Below, one piece after another: positions 24,601-36,076 of a stretch of DNA of 64,000 nt; the stretch's first letter is position 1, and every line of letters begins with the position of its first letter. Below the pieces are notes generated by a model that worked only from the letters and a program-made list of their open reading frames with translations, searched no databases and had not been told where the DNA came from. Origin of the DNA: Octopus vulgaris. Taxonomy: Eukaryota. The DNA is taken from contig OX597817.1 in assembly GCA_951406725.2 (NCBI GenBank), positions 35,030,001 to 35,094,000 of the forward strand, written 5' to 3'. The translations under genes were made by a program, and so were the position numbers.

Positions 24601-26250
24601 AGCACTATCCGAATGTGGCCAATGCCAGTGCCACCTTGACTGGCTTCTGTGCCGGTGGCACGTAAAAAGCACCCACTACACTCACGGAGTGGTTGACGTT
24701 AGGAAGGGCATCCAGCTGTAGAAACACTGCCAGATCAGACTGGAGCCTGGTACAGCCTCCTGGCTTCCCAGACCCCAGTCAAACCGTCCAACCCATGCTA
24801 GCATGGAAAGCAGATGTTAGATGATGATGATCATGATGATATTAAATGTAAACTCATCCTTTTATGTCTTCTTTCTATTTTGGAATGGAAAAATAACAAG
24901 AGAAAATAAGTGTGTGCCAGTGATTTCTCTGTTTCCTATTTGTGTACCTAGATCTTTATATTTAAAATATACTAATATGACTTAGTATTTTCAAACTAAT
25001 TTACACATTTTCTAGACATAGTTTGAAGAGTTGTAAAATCTCATACAAGCAAGAAGTTAATTTCATATGGTTTGAAAATAATAATAATAATAATAATAAT
25101 AGTAGTGTACAGTGCTCAGGTGCACTACAACTCATCTAAAGTGTATATATAATCAGGTGTAGTTTCGGCGGATTTCGGAAAGCATGAGGGCCTTAAAGGA
25201 TGCAGTGTCATGGCAGTCAACAACTGACGCAGGCAGTTTATTCCATGCTTCAGCAACTCTGAGCGTGAAAAAATGTTTCAGAAAGTCATGGGAGCTGTGT
25301 TGTTTTCTGACTTTGTAGGCATGTCCACGTGTGTTAGACACATGGAGATCAAAAAGGTGTTCAGTGTTGTTGTTGGTGAGGTGGTTGATAACCTTGTGGG
25401 TGTTTACCAAGTCCGTCGCCAGACGCCGGAGCTTCAGTGAATCCATGCCCAGGGAAACAAGGCGCTCAGAATATGGTAGGTGTCTGATGGAGGGTAAGAC
25501 TTAGGTCTGTTTCCATTCTTTGGCAGAGATTGTAAGAAGGATTGATTAATAACTTTGAGGTAATTATACCAGCATGTCAGTTTGAAGTTCAAGTCTGCAA
25601 CAGTTGATTATAACGGAAACAGTACTTATTTAAGACCCTTGAATAGTGGTTCCCAACCTCTTCACTACCAAGAACCCCCTTTTATTTAAATGAGTTTTTC
25701 CACAGACCCAAGGATATTGCCTATCCTTATGTGTGTGTGTGTGTATATATATATATATTTGAAATTTTGAATTTAGTTCATGGGCCCACAGTCCTACTTT
25801 TGCAGACCCCATGTTGGGAACCACTGCCCTAGAAAGATGGAAGGTAAAGCAACTTTTGCATTAGAACTTGGAATGTGAAGGGACATAACTAAATACAAGT
25901 TATTTTGTCTCACTACCAATTCTACTACCCTCTACTATCCTTTGAGCATCTAATGAAATCACCCTTTACACCTATAAAAATCTGAACCTAAATAAATTTA
26001 AACCATATTGTTGAATAGCTTTTTTCAAATAAAGGATATACATTTTTTTTGTTTTTCAGATTTATCAACTGTTGAAGAGAGACTCTCAAGCAAACATTAT
26101 AAACGTTTGACTGATTTTATCAAAGACATGACCAAAATATTTGACAACTGTCGTTACTATAATCCCAGTGATTCTCCATTCTATCAATGTGCGGAAGTAC
26201 TGGAAACCTTTTTTGTACAGAAACTGAAAACCCTTAAAGAGAAATTTTAG
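9525..26250 (+). CDS. BPTF: Nucleosome-remodeling factor subunit BPTF/NURF301, 3' part (12 exons; earlier exons not found, presumably upstream of the window)
   Basis: join(9525-9663,10012-10355,10644-10847,12301-12414,13197-14159,15660-15963,17433-17658,18168-18415,20491-20664,22468-22663,23749-23833,26060-26250). All introns GT-AG, phases consistent. Encodes [17 protein letters not shown], two PHD fingers and the terminal bromodomain. Confidence 0.95.
10012..10355 (+). CDS. BPTF: BPTF exon
   Basis: LEKQRAALQ...[13 protein letters not shown]; AG/GT borders in phase. Confidence 0.9.
10644..10847 (+). CDS. BPTF: BPTF exon (low complexity)
   Basis: [10 protein letters not shown]...QLQATR; phase 1-1. 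Confidence 0.8.
11045..11500 (+). mobile_element. tRNA-headed SINE (family D) interrupted by a hAT MITE
   Basis: Head GGAGGC...TAGTGGT split at GGTTAGAC; core CTGCAATGGGCTGGCGTCCCATCCAGGGG. Related copies at 15010-15303(-), 23388-23530, 38304-38590. Confidence 0.7.
11079..11279. mobile_element. Non-autonomous hAT MITE
   Basis: Ends AAGTGGTTTTCAA / TTGAAAAGCACTG; perfect 8-bp TSD GGTTAGAC at 11071-11078 and 11280-11287. Confidence 0.85.
12301..12414 (+). CDS. BPTF: BPTF exon
   Basis: [39 protein letters not shown]; TTTCAG and GTATGT borders. Confidence 0.85.
13197..14159 (+). CDS. BPTF: BPTF exon with Thr/Ala-rich tract
   Basis: [15 protein letters not shown]...[11 protein letters not shown]; 963 nt open, phase 1-1. 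Confidence 0.85.
14388..14585. mobile_element. piggyBac-type MITE
   Basis: TTAA TSD; TIRs CCCTTTCGTTACC / GGTAATGAAAGGG. Confidence 0.8.
15010..15303 (-). mobile_element. tRNA-headed SINE (family D)
   Basis: Minus strand GGAGGCGCAATGGCCCAGTGGTTAGGG (A box), GGTTTCGATTCC (B box), core GATGGACTGGCGTCCTGTCCAG. Confidence 0.8.
15660..15963 (+). CDS. BPTF: BPTF exon
   Basis: [24 protein letters not shown]...EQIR. Confidence 0.9.
16935..17148 (+). mobile_element. RTE 3'-end fragment
   Basis: Same 3' UTR and (GAT)n tail as 510-800. Further copies near 24490-24840, 33430-33735, 49520-49857, 50040-50310, 54810-55121. Confidence 0.8.
17433..17658 (+). CDS. BPTF: BPTF exon (coiled coil)
   Basis: [18 protein letters not shown]...[26 protein letters not shown]. 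Confidence 0.92.
17698..18091 (-). mobile_element. tRNA-headed CORE-like SINE (family C)
   Basis: Head GTGGCTGTGTGGTAAG...GGGTTCAGTCCC, CTTGGGCAAGT block, internal (CA/TA)n, (AAAGAGT)n tail. Confidence 0.85.
18168..18415 (+). CDS. BPTF: BPTF exon (start of first C-terminal PHD)
   Basis: ...[10 protein letters not shown]...[14 protein letters not shown]. Confidence 0.93.
20491..20664 (+). CDS. BPTF: BPTF 174-nt symmetric PHD exon
   Basis: [58 protein letters not shown]; CTACAG and GTAAGT borders. Confidence 0.92.
22468..22663 (+). CDS. BPTF: BPTF exon (last PHD)
   Basis: [35 protein letters not shown]...LRRLLRSLQ. Confidence 0.95.
22806..23188 (-). mobile_element. Family C SINE, full length
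   Basis: Near-identical to 17698-18091. Confidence 0.85.
23749..23833 (+). CDS. BPTF: BPTF exon (bromodomain)
   Basis: [28 protein letters not shown]. Confidence 0.95.
25078..25497 (-). mobile_element. CR1-group LINE 3' fragment
   Basis: ORF 25153..25446 has SLKLRR, TRGHAYK and [14 protein letters not shown]; (TTA)n tail. Confidence 0.85.
25644..25826. mobile_element. hAT MITE
   Basis: TIRs TAGTGGTTCCCAAC / GTTGGGAACCACTG; 8-bp TSD CCCTTGAA / CCCTAGAA. Confidence 0.8.
26060..26250 (+). CDS. BPTF: BPTF last exon (bromodomain C-half)
   Basis: DLSTVEERL...[38 protein letters not shown] stop. Confidence 0.95.
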
Positions 26251-27050
26251 GACAAAATCCATTCTGTTTGTTAACTTGCTGCTATCCATTTCAATGTAAA
26301 TACCATTGATAGATTCTTCAAACTGTAACTGCCAGCTTGGCCAACTTAGTTCTGTGGTGTGGAAATGCAGCACTGGTAGAAATATTGAGAAGGGGTTATT
26401 TTCCACTATTCGTCTTAGTCTCCAGCCTACCATTGATGTTGTTGTTGACAACAGATCCTCTCAGCAACACATAATTGTCAGACCCATCTATCCTCATTAA
26501 TATCATCACATTTATCATAGTTTGTTTTAAGGTTTAAAAAAAAAAAAGATAACTTATTCCTAAATAATTGCAATTGATAAAACCTCGGTAAGTAAAAAGA
26601 GAGAAATGTTTCTGAAAAGTGTTTCAGAATATATATTTCAGATATGTTTAGAATGAAAGGGAAAGAACAGGAACTTGGAAAAAGAAAAAAATAGAATGTT
26701 TGTCGTTGTTTTTGTTGTTGTGGCTGAAATCTTTCCAGCGACAACAGTGAATGAAATTCATTGTTCATTATTTTTTATTAAAATATGCATCCCCACCAAC
26801 TTTCGCTCCACTACACAACTTCACTTTGGCATCACAATGGAGCTTTAGCCTACCTTTTCATAGACTACATGACAGAGGAGTCAATGGGCCACAGACATGT
26901 ATCATGTGTCAAGACTGTAGCAGTAAGAGAAAAAAAAAAATTTTGATTGTTCACATAGCAGTCAACCTCTTAATAAATATTGTAATGACTTCAAGTGTTG
27001 TTTTCTTACCAGTTTTGTATAATTAACAATTTCTATATTGAACTTAAATC

Positions 27051-27056
27051 AATAAA
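27051..27056 (+). terminator. Candidate BPTF poly(A) signal
   Basis: AATAAA about 800 nt after the stop; other AATAAA hexamers occur nearby. Confidence 0.4.
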
Positions 27057-27129
27057 GCATAACTGCTGAATCATATTGTCTCTCTCCCCAGCCCTACCAT
27101 AAACATCATAACTGTTGTCACCAAAATAA

Positions 27130-27135
27130 TTTATT
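27130..27135 (-). terminator. Candidate PIGX poly(A) signal
   Basis: AATAAA on the minus strand about 120 nt after the PIGX stop. Confidence 0.4.
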
Positions 27136-27252
27136 TTTATAATTTAAATACCTAGTGGTCAAAATCATTTAAGTTTCTTTTGTAAAATTTCCCAGCCTCC
27201 TCTTGTTAGACAAAGTTGATAATTGTTGTAGAGAGTGGAATTACAAAATTTT

Positions 27253-27393
27253 TTAATTCATTTTGTAAAACTGACTCTTTAATTGATATAGTAAGAAGGT
27301 TGTACCACATATTGTTGTCAGTGTAGTAATTACTGCTACAATTAGTAGATGGTCTAAATTTCCAACTGGAATGATTGCTTGAGTAGATGATAC
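27253..27393 (-). CDS. PIGX: PIGX last exon (TM helix)
   Basis: VSSTQAIIPVGNLDHLLIVAVITTLTTICGTTFLLYQLKSQFYKMN*. Confidence 0.85.
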   Translation of the reverse strand, partial: VSSTQAIIPVGNLDHLLIVAVITTLTTICGTTFLLYQLKSQFYKMN

Positions 27394-30300
27394 CTGTTAA
27401 TATAAAAAAGAAAAATAGTTTGGGTTTTTTTTTTTGCAGCAGTAACTGTTCACATTAAAAAATATTTGCTAAATGAAAACCGTAAAACACCAAAGAGTGT
27501 GTATTGAATTAATATATGTCACTTCAACTAGCTCTTGAAATGTGAATTTATTTCATTTTATAAATAAATGTATATGTGCCTAATCATTCTATGGTTGCCA
27601 AATTTTCTCAGAAAAATTATTAGAAAACTACTGTTTAAGAAGTCCATTAAAGGTGACAAATTCTGAATATCAGAATAATTATGTGAATGTTTTATTTATT
27701 TTATGGCGTTAGTGTAACTAATAGGAAAGTGTTAAGATTGATATATATATATATCTTCTCTATATCTTAAATGAATTCAAGTAAATTGCATTTTACTTTC
27801 TAGTATAAAGTTCTGGATGCTTTCACACACACCCAGACATACATACTTACTCTGCATTGGCATTTGAGTTTGGTCCATGTACAAATGTTATAATTGGTTT
27901 GAGAACACTGCAGTTCATAGGTTGTATACATTCCATCTGTAAATATAAAAAAACAAAATCTTGATTTATGTGTTTTCATTACTCTACCATGATAATAAAT
28001 TTTCTTTTCAGATCTCTCTCTCTCTCATATATATATATAAAACTCAATGAAATTTAGATTTTTTCCTGCTTATTTAATTTCTACTGCAAAATTCATAAAG
28101 TAACATGTGATACTATTACTTTACTACACTTGTTAATATTCTATTAACATATGTTAGTGTAGATGGAATGGTAAGCCAGTTGAATAGACAATAAATTGTT
28201 TTCAGTTTACTTCTAACGAACTGATGTTTAATTCTTCTTATTGTTATAGATATTAATGGACAGAATTCATTAAATCTCTATTCATGTTTACATCATGTCA
28301 ACAAGTTCACTCAAATCAAGTATATTTTGTTCCAAAATTATTTGTCTAATAATTGTTAAATGATTTATGATAGATCTCTGTCAGTTTAAACATAAGCTAG
28401 TCAACTGACCAATTACAGCATTGGTTTGTACTTTATCCCATCACAACACCACATGGATGCTATGGCCAAGATAGTAAGTGGGTGGCATAGGAAAGTACAA
28501 GTTTACTGTATACAGCTGGGGCAATATGTAAGTGGTTAAACTGTTTAGCTTGCAGCAGAGCTTGGTTTTTGCTTTTAGGTATGCGGGCTTCTGAAACAAT
28601 GCCTACATTTGATTAACATTCTTTTTAGAACAGTAATTGTCTCAAGTGGGTATTTTATGAATGTTATAACCACTGATATATATATATATATGTGTGTATA
28701 TCTGTATACAGCGGGGTGCAAAAGTAGGAATACAGTTAGGAAAAAAGAAAATGTACAATACTTATTTCCTAAATAGGTGCAATTTATAAAACTTAGGTAA
28801 GCAAAAAGAGAAATGTTTCTGGAAAGTATTTCAGATATGTTTAGAATGAAAGAAAAATAGATGCTCATCATTGTATGTGTGTGTGTGTATATATACGTAC
28901 ACACACACATGGAAGCATGTGCATGTTAAAGAAACTTTCATAATAGTTATATAAAGTTAGGATTGGGAAAAATGACATTTTAATGATTTCCTGATATTGA
29001 ATGATTGTAATTAGTTTTGAATTATATAATGGTGGTAGCTGCAGTTAATTAGCGTGAAAAAAGGTTTAATTTATAAAACTATATATTTTACCCAAGCAAT
29101 CTATAAATATTGTGTCAGGTGTCTTGAAATGAATAGTTTTGAAAGGTTTTGAATGCTCTGACTGATGATAACGAAGATGAACTGGAAGAACTATTTCTGC
29201 AGTGAATTCATTTTGTGTTACTGGTTGAAGATCAGTGTAAACCAAAAGGGTTTGATTAGAAGAAGCATGTTCCGGGGCCTCAACATCAACTGGCGAATCA
29301 AACAGAACCTGAATATAAAAAGAAAGGTATAAATATTGATCAATGTATTTTTCATGTTATGATATTAAAAGCTCTAAACACTATTCATTATAACTTTGCT
29401 GACCTTCAGTATGGGGAAGAGCAGATGTTCAAGACAAGTATTTACCTTCCAGGTGAAAGATACCTGACACTTGTTCAACCAAACACAGTGTTGAGAATTT
29501 GGAAACAAATAAGACACCAAAGATTTGATTATTTAATTCTGTACTGTCTCTATGGAGAATACAGACTTGAATAATCATAAGCTGGGAATACCTTTATTCC
29601 AAATATCTCTGAGAGTGCAAAGCCTGTGGATGACCCATTGACCATAGCAGAGCAGTTTTTGAAAAAGCACAAATGTAAACAAATACCCACACCTGTATAT
29701 ATTTATCAATATCATCCCCATTTCACTTTTCTTGTTGGCATGGGTCTGACAGGTTGCCACAGCCTAAGTTGTTTCTTATTGGGAGTTGCTGCTTCCATTG
29801 ACTGATGCTCACATTAGCCTCCTGTACTGGTTACACTAGATATATTAGCATTAGAATAGAGAGACCTCAGAAACCATCAACCACATGTACTGGGAGCAGT
29901 TTCTATGGCACCAATTTTAGAGGAGTTGAATAAAGGAACCTTATACACATACAACAAACTTCTTTCAATTTTCATCTACCAAATTCACTTGCAAGGTTTT
30001 GGTCAACTAAAGGATAAAGCAGAAGATACTTGTCCAAAGTGCCAGTGCCATTGGAAAGCAAGACAAATATTATAACATCAACTTATTTTAAGAGAAAACT
30101 GAAAGAAACTTGGGTCCAAGTAAATAGACTTATGGTTCTCAGGTCTTAATGTTCTCCCATAGGAATTGTATGATCCCAAAATTATTTATAGAACAAACTT
30201 CTCTATAAGATATATATATATATAAACAATTTGAAGTGACTCAGTATTAGAAAAAGGGAAATACAATTGTTCAGTAATAATGGTATTGAATAATATGGTT

Positions 30301-33300
30301 TTAGATGTACATAACCAGTGTCATATTGCTTAGGTACAAGAGTAACTTTTGTAGAGAGAAATTTGTTATCATCATTGCATTTATTTTTGTTCCCTTTTTC
30401 ATGCTTGCATGAATCAGATGGAATTTGTGGAGACAGGTTTTCTACAGTTAGATGCCCTTCCTGCCAACCTTCACTTGTTTCCAAGCAAAGTAGTAATCCC
30501 TTAGTCTATCAGACAACAAAAGCCTGAATGCAACTACAAGGCAAGCAAGAAGTGAACACCTTTGGATGAGACTTTAGTCTACAAAGATCATGCAGTATGT
30601 TAAAAACTCTGGACATGCTTTCCACAGTTGATTGCAAGCAAAGAACACCATCTATATTATTTACAGTCAACAAACTCATCTGAAAATGAGAAATATGAAC
30701 TCTCATACACACACACACAAACAGATACACATACACACCAACCCACAAACAACAAGTTTCTTCAGTTAGTTTCTATCAATTTCATACAAGGTAATTGGCT
30801 GACTTGTGGCTATAGTATAGAATACCAGTTGACAATGTTCGCATGAATTGAACTCATAACCACACAGCCATGCCTTGGTACTTATTTTTATCAACTCTAG
30901 AAAAATAAATGGTTTATATCCAAAGGATTCAACTGATATTTGTCCCATGAAAAATTTAGTCCCGACCTGAGTGAAAAGACAAAAATATATCATTATTTAA
31001 CTTAGTGTAAGCTAAAAAAAGATTAGCTTTTCAAATAAATGTAAAATATATTTAATACTTATATCTAGTAATTACAAGTATAAATATGTGAAGGTATATG
31101 ATTTAGTGATGAGGATGTTGGATTCACCATCATAAAAGTGGGTTTCATTCTTGTACGAGGTTGCATGTTGTGTCTATAAAAAATGTATTTTATTTCACAT
31201 TGCTCAAGTTTACTCAGCTGAAATGAAGCTGTCATATCCTGTATGTTCAGCTGGCTCAAGAGGTTGTCTGTAGCCATGACTACACAGGCATATAAAATAA
31301 TTAGTGAAAGCATGGTACATACTTAGTCATCCTCAGTTCTGAGGGACAGCTGTGGTTAGTTTAGTAGCATAAATCAGAAAAGGTGTACATCTGTTAAAAA
31401 TTGCCCCACTAATTTTTTTCTTTTTTCAAAATATCACATTCAATCACTGACAAATTAGGAATAGAAATGCTTTTAAATCTACTTACTTCGGGTTTCCTTA
31501 AATTGTTAATCTGGTTTGGATCTAAATATGCCCCAGCTGGCAATGTCATTTCAAGAGCAGATTTACATTGGGTTGTTGACAAATATCTTGGGAGTATTAT
31601 ACTAACTGTATAAACCATTTCTCTGAGAAAAAAAGAAAAAAAAACTTTTCAGTTTATGTTAACTTAATCTGAAGTCTTAAATTCAATTCAATTTTGGTGT
31701 AATTATTAGCTTTTTAATAGGAAACATTAAGAAGATAATTAGAATAGAATTGGAGGTTTTTAAATTGCACACTTATTGTATCAGAGAAGAATAAGTGTTT
31801 CAGCTTCTATTTGAAACCTCTTAGATTTTTTAGTGACTAATGGCAGAACAATCTGAACTGTAGGACTATAATATTGCATTTCTTTGCATGATCATCATTG
31901 ACTAAACTTGAATAAAGTTTAAAACAGTGCCTGTAAGATAATTGGAAAGATGAAAAAAGTAAGCACTAGTTGAAGAGCTAATACTTTTGGATCATATTTT
32001 CGAAGCACTGAGAAATTTGAAATAAGCATTTTTATGAAATAGCTCAAAATAAAAGCTTATACAATATTATTCACTTTGGTCTGTCTTTCTGGATAAAATC
32101 AGCCATGTGAATCGAACCACAAATCTGTCATTGACTAGACAACTTGATACCACTATACCAGAGAGACTTGCTGATTTCTGTCATCTTACAAGCAAGAAGC
32201 TTCAAAATCATTCTATCTTTAAATCAGAAGCAAATTTCAAAAAATAATTTTGTTTCTTTATTGGTAAAAAAAATAGACTAATATAGAAAATGTTTTAATT
32301 AAAGTCAAATTTAACAGTAAAAAGTGTTAATTTTTTCAGTGTTTTTTTTAAAGATATTGAAAGAGTTGCAATGATTATTTTTGACCAGGGGTAAGGCCAA
32401 TTCTTGTCAAATATAGTTGATGACATAAACTCTAAAATATTACAGGGAATTATATTATTAAACACAGGAAATGAAAAGTAATGTAAATTTTGGTAGGTTT
32501 GAATTCACAGTACTGATGATGTATTACCGAACTAAGCAAATACATTCCACTCTTAATTGATCATCTCCATCATCAAAATAGAACAGTCAAGTGATTTACC
32601 TGTGGAAACCATTTTTATTGAGTGAGACAGAAAGAGAACATCTGGCATTAGCATAGACAACCAGGATTTGGATTAGTCCTATAAATACAAACAGTGAAGA
32701 CCTGAAAAAGAATACAGAACAATAAATCATTTATTAAAATTTCAGCTATCACTAAAAAACAAAAACTTTTTACGAAGGATTTTTAATTACACAGGACCTT
32801 TTCCTTAAGAGGAAAAAGTGTAATCCTGGATAATTGTACCAACAGAGGAGTAAGCTCCTTTAGTATTTCATTTCACTTCAGCATCACCATCATCATCTCA
32901 ACATCTACTTTTCCAGACATCCATGGATCCATCAAAGTTAATTATAATAGAGCTTCTATGGCTGGATGCTCTTCCAGTCACCAGCCTTCACTTGTTTCCA
33001 AACATGGTAATTTTTTTTATCCCATAGCCAGATATGTTTTTGCAGAATACTGAAACTGCTTGTATGACTGACACTCACTCACAACTATCATGCGATGTCA
33101 AGTTAAGGAGACACAGATATACAAATATGCATGATATGCATACAAACAGTCTCTGTTTACCAAGTCTTGTCACAAGGCTTTGATCAGTCCAGAGCTATAA
33201 TAGAAGACACTTGCCTTAAGTGCCATGCAGTGGGATTGAACACAAAGCCATGTGGTTGGAAAGCAAACTTCTTAATCACATTGTTACAAGCATTATTAAT

Positions 33301-36076
33301 GCTCTTAGAAAAAGAATGGATACCATAACTTCCCATTTTCCCTCTAGAAATGGCTCAGCTCTACCACAATGATCTGATTTTATTAAGATTTAAAAACGAA
33401 AACCTTCAGTAGCATCTCAAATATCCTGGCATGTGAAAAAAACATTTGAGCAAGGTCGTTGCCAGTACCGCTGGACTGTCTCCTGTGCAGGTGGCAAATA
33501 AAAAGCACCATTTGAGCGTGGCCGTTGCCAGTACCACCTGATTGGCCCTCATGCCGGTGGCACGTAAAAGCACCCACTACACTCTTGGAGTGGTTGGCAT
33601 TAGGAAGGGCATCCAGCTGTAGAAACTCTGCCAGATCAGATTGGAGCCTGGTGCAGCCATCTGGTTCGCCAGACCTCAGTCAAATCATCCAACCCATGCT
33701 AGCATGGAAAGCAGACGTTAAACAATGATGATGATGTTTAATGATAATTGATTGAATTGTACCCAGGATAGTTATTTACTAACTCAATCATCTACACTGT
33801 TAAAGCAGTTTCATAATTCCACTTTTTAAAATTTTATTTGATTGGTTTCAGGAAAGAATCGTGCTTAAGGATTTTGCAAACTCTACAAGACCACAGAGTT
33901 TGATATGGTTAATGTTGCTCTAGAAAAGTTGCAGGACATAAAAATTATACAGGGAGGGAATTACACAAAACTGATGTTGCAGAGAGTAGGTGGTTGTTGA
34001 AGGGTCTGGAAAGATGGACGCAATAGGGTGACATGTAAATCAGGATCAGCTGAGTGAAGTTTGCTTAAGACCAACCAGTCTGAGAAGTAGAGGCAAATGT
34101 GGTTGCAACATAAGAGGCAGATAGATGAGACAATACATCTATGGGCCAAAAGTTGGAGTGATTAAAGTCAGTTAGGTGGTTGATATTTCTTCTGCAGTTT
34201 AGGATGTCTGTGAATGGGCAGCAGCACTGGCCTAGATGAGGGAGCAGTACCCAATTGTGGGTTTCAATTGAACTCTGTAGAAGGTTATATGAAAGGAATG
34301 AAGTATCTTTTGTCCTTGAAGTGGAAGATTAAACTTTATGAAGCAGTCTTTGCTATATTGTGTATATACATTTACCAGATGAGGTCTTCAGTGAAGGAGA
34401 AGCTTAGCATTATTAGTGACATTAAGGGTTCTAGTTGTATGTTGTCCTTGTTTTGAGGGGTGGGGCACAATACTGTTTCATGGTATGAGTGGTGGTAGTG
34501 TGTTTGATGTAAAAGAAAACAACATTGGCACAATGTAAGACTTTTTGAGGCAAATGATGCTTGGTAGCAAAAGATTAGGGTGGAATGAAGGATGGTATCA
34601 ACTATATAGCAGTGGATATTGCTTGGGGGTGACAGACAGTATGTTGTTGATGTATAGGAGTAAAAGTGTGGCAAACAAAACTGAAACCCCATGCACACCA
34701 GAGTTGACAGAATGTGGGTCGAAGAGAACTATTCACTGAAGCCACTGCTTCAAGAGACAAAAGACAGATGGAATTCTTAGACAGTAGGTAGTTTTGTCAG
34801 ATCTGCTTGCTGGATATGGCTGACTGCCCCACTGGTAAGTAACAGAGGACAGTAAATCTCCAGTAGATCAGGTTTTATGAAAACCATATAGCCAGTAACT
34901 GTAGTCAATAGGCATTTAGATCTTCATTAAGAGAGAAAGGGGACAATAGAATGGGATCAATGCTACTTGGAATAGCTATCTTTCGAAGACCTGAGCTCAT
35001 GGGAAAGCAAAAGAGTACAAAAGATGGTGATGGGGTGAATATATAAAATATTTCAAATTTTTGAAGGTTCTCTTCTTTCAGAATTTTAATCTATGTTCCA
35101 TGAACACAGGAACATTGGTGGGGGACAACGACCCTTTCCTCTTCCCACGAGGTATAGGATTTCAAGTGACAGCTGTGTTCCAAAACTCTACTCAGGAAAG
35201 TAGGTTGTCAAGAAGCAGTTGTTAAGGCTCTGCTTCTGATCAATAAGGGTAGTCGGCCGGACAACTAAACGCGATCCAGAGATCTATAGTTTCAGTTATA
35301 CCATAACTATCGCCCAGTTGTAAACTAAACAGCAAATGCCAACGCAGTTTACATGTCTAAAACGTTGTAGGTTCAATTATAGGGGAATGCAGTCCTGGAA
35401 TTGTTTAGATAGCAAAGTGTGTAGAAAGGCGACTAGTAATAAGAAATGTGTAGACGAAGTGAAAAGGCAACTCAAATACATTTATTGAGTTACAATACTA
35501 CAAAATAAATAAATAATGCAAAAGAGCAGACCCTGCTGTAGAAACGATAGAAGAGGCAAAATGAGGGACCCAGGTAGTTTAGTGTCATAAGCTATGAAAG
35601 TTTTTGATCAGATCTAAAAGAGTGATGGGTCACAGATCCAAATAATGAGAGTTTTGTTATACTACAGAAAACTAAAGCAACAACGAGGGATACTCGTAGA
35701 AAGGGAAATACCTCCTGTAAAGTGGTAAAAAAAAAGAAAGAGATAGACTTAAAAGAAGTAGAGGCCAGTTAATATTAAATTTAGCCTCCGTTAATTTTGT
35801 ATTCAATCTTCCTCCTTTTGACAGCAATCTTGCGTTAGCTTCCTTCGTTTATTATCTAAATAATATATTTTTCCTTTCTCTCAGACTAAGAGTCAGATTC
35901 CTCTTTTGGTCTCACAGCAAACAAACTTATTCAAACTCATGGACTTCGTTGTAGTATTACAACATTCGTCTGAGAAAACTATAGCATGAGTTTAAAATTA
36001 GATTTAAGAAGTTAGAAGGTAACGAAACTTACTTAATATTGAACTTATACGGCGTAAACAATCCAAATAACGACAT
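27253..36076 (-). CDS. PIGX: GPI mannosyltransferase I subunit PIG-X, 6 exons, about 241 aa
   Basis: complement join(36033-36076,32600-32701,31487-31622,29092-29308,27851-27936,27253-27393), phases consistent. Motifs GFHR, LPAGAYLDP, VDVEAPE, LPVHLRYH, CxW, IPVG; N-terminal hydrophobic signal and C-terminal TM helix. Confidence 0.88.
27851..27936 (-). CDS. PIGX: PIGX exon 5
   Basis: DGMYTTYELQCSQTNYNICTWTKLKCQCR; TTACAG and GTAAGT borders. Confidence 0.8.
29092..29308 (-). CDS. PIGX: PIGX exon 4
   Basis: VLFDSPVDVEAPEHASS...IVLPVHLRYHQ...IFIDCL. Confidence 0.9.
31487..31622 (-). CDS. PIGX: PIGX exon 3
   Basis: EMVYTVSI...CKSALEMTLPAGAYLDPNQINNLRKPE. Confidence 0.88.
32600..32701 (-). CDS. 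PIGX: PIGX exon 2
   Basis: SSLFVFIGLIQILVVYANARCSLSVSLNKNGFHR. Confidence 0.85.
33950..35280 (-). mobile_element. Possible highly degraded LINE (endonuclease region)
   Basis: Raised GC and a DLNA-like remnant near 34915; no intact ORF; borders approximate. Confidence 0.3.
36033..36076 (-). CDS. PIGX: PIGX putative first coding exon
   Basis: MSLFGLFTPYKFNIK followed by GTAAGT in the phase needed by exon 2; no homology support. Confidence 0.55.

Noticed and set aside
26248-26274. Possible stop-codon readthrough of BPTF
   Set aside because: TAG-G is a poor readthrough context and the extension is only 7 codons.
26086-26451. 121-aa minus-strand ORF overlapping the BPTF end
   Set aside because: No recognisable motif; the PIGX C-terminus is accounted for at 27253-27393.
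28459-28602. In-phase alternative last exon for PIGX
   Set aside because: Lacks PIG-X motifs and a TM helix; better exons lie downstream.
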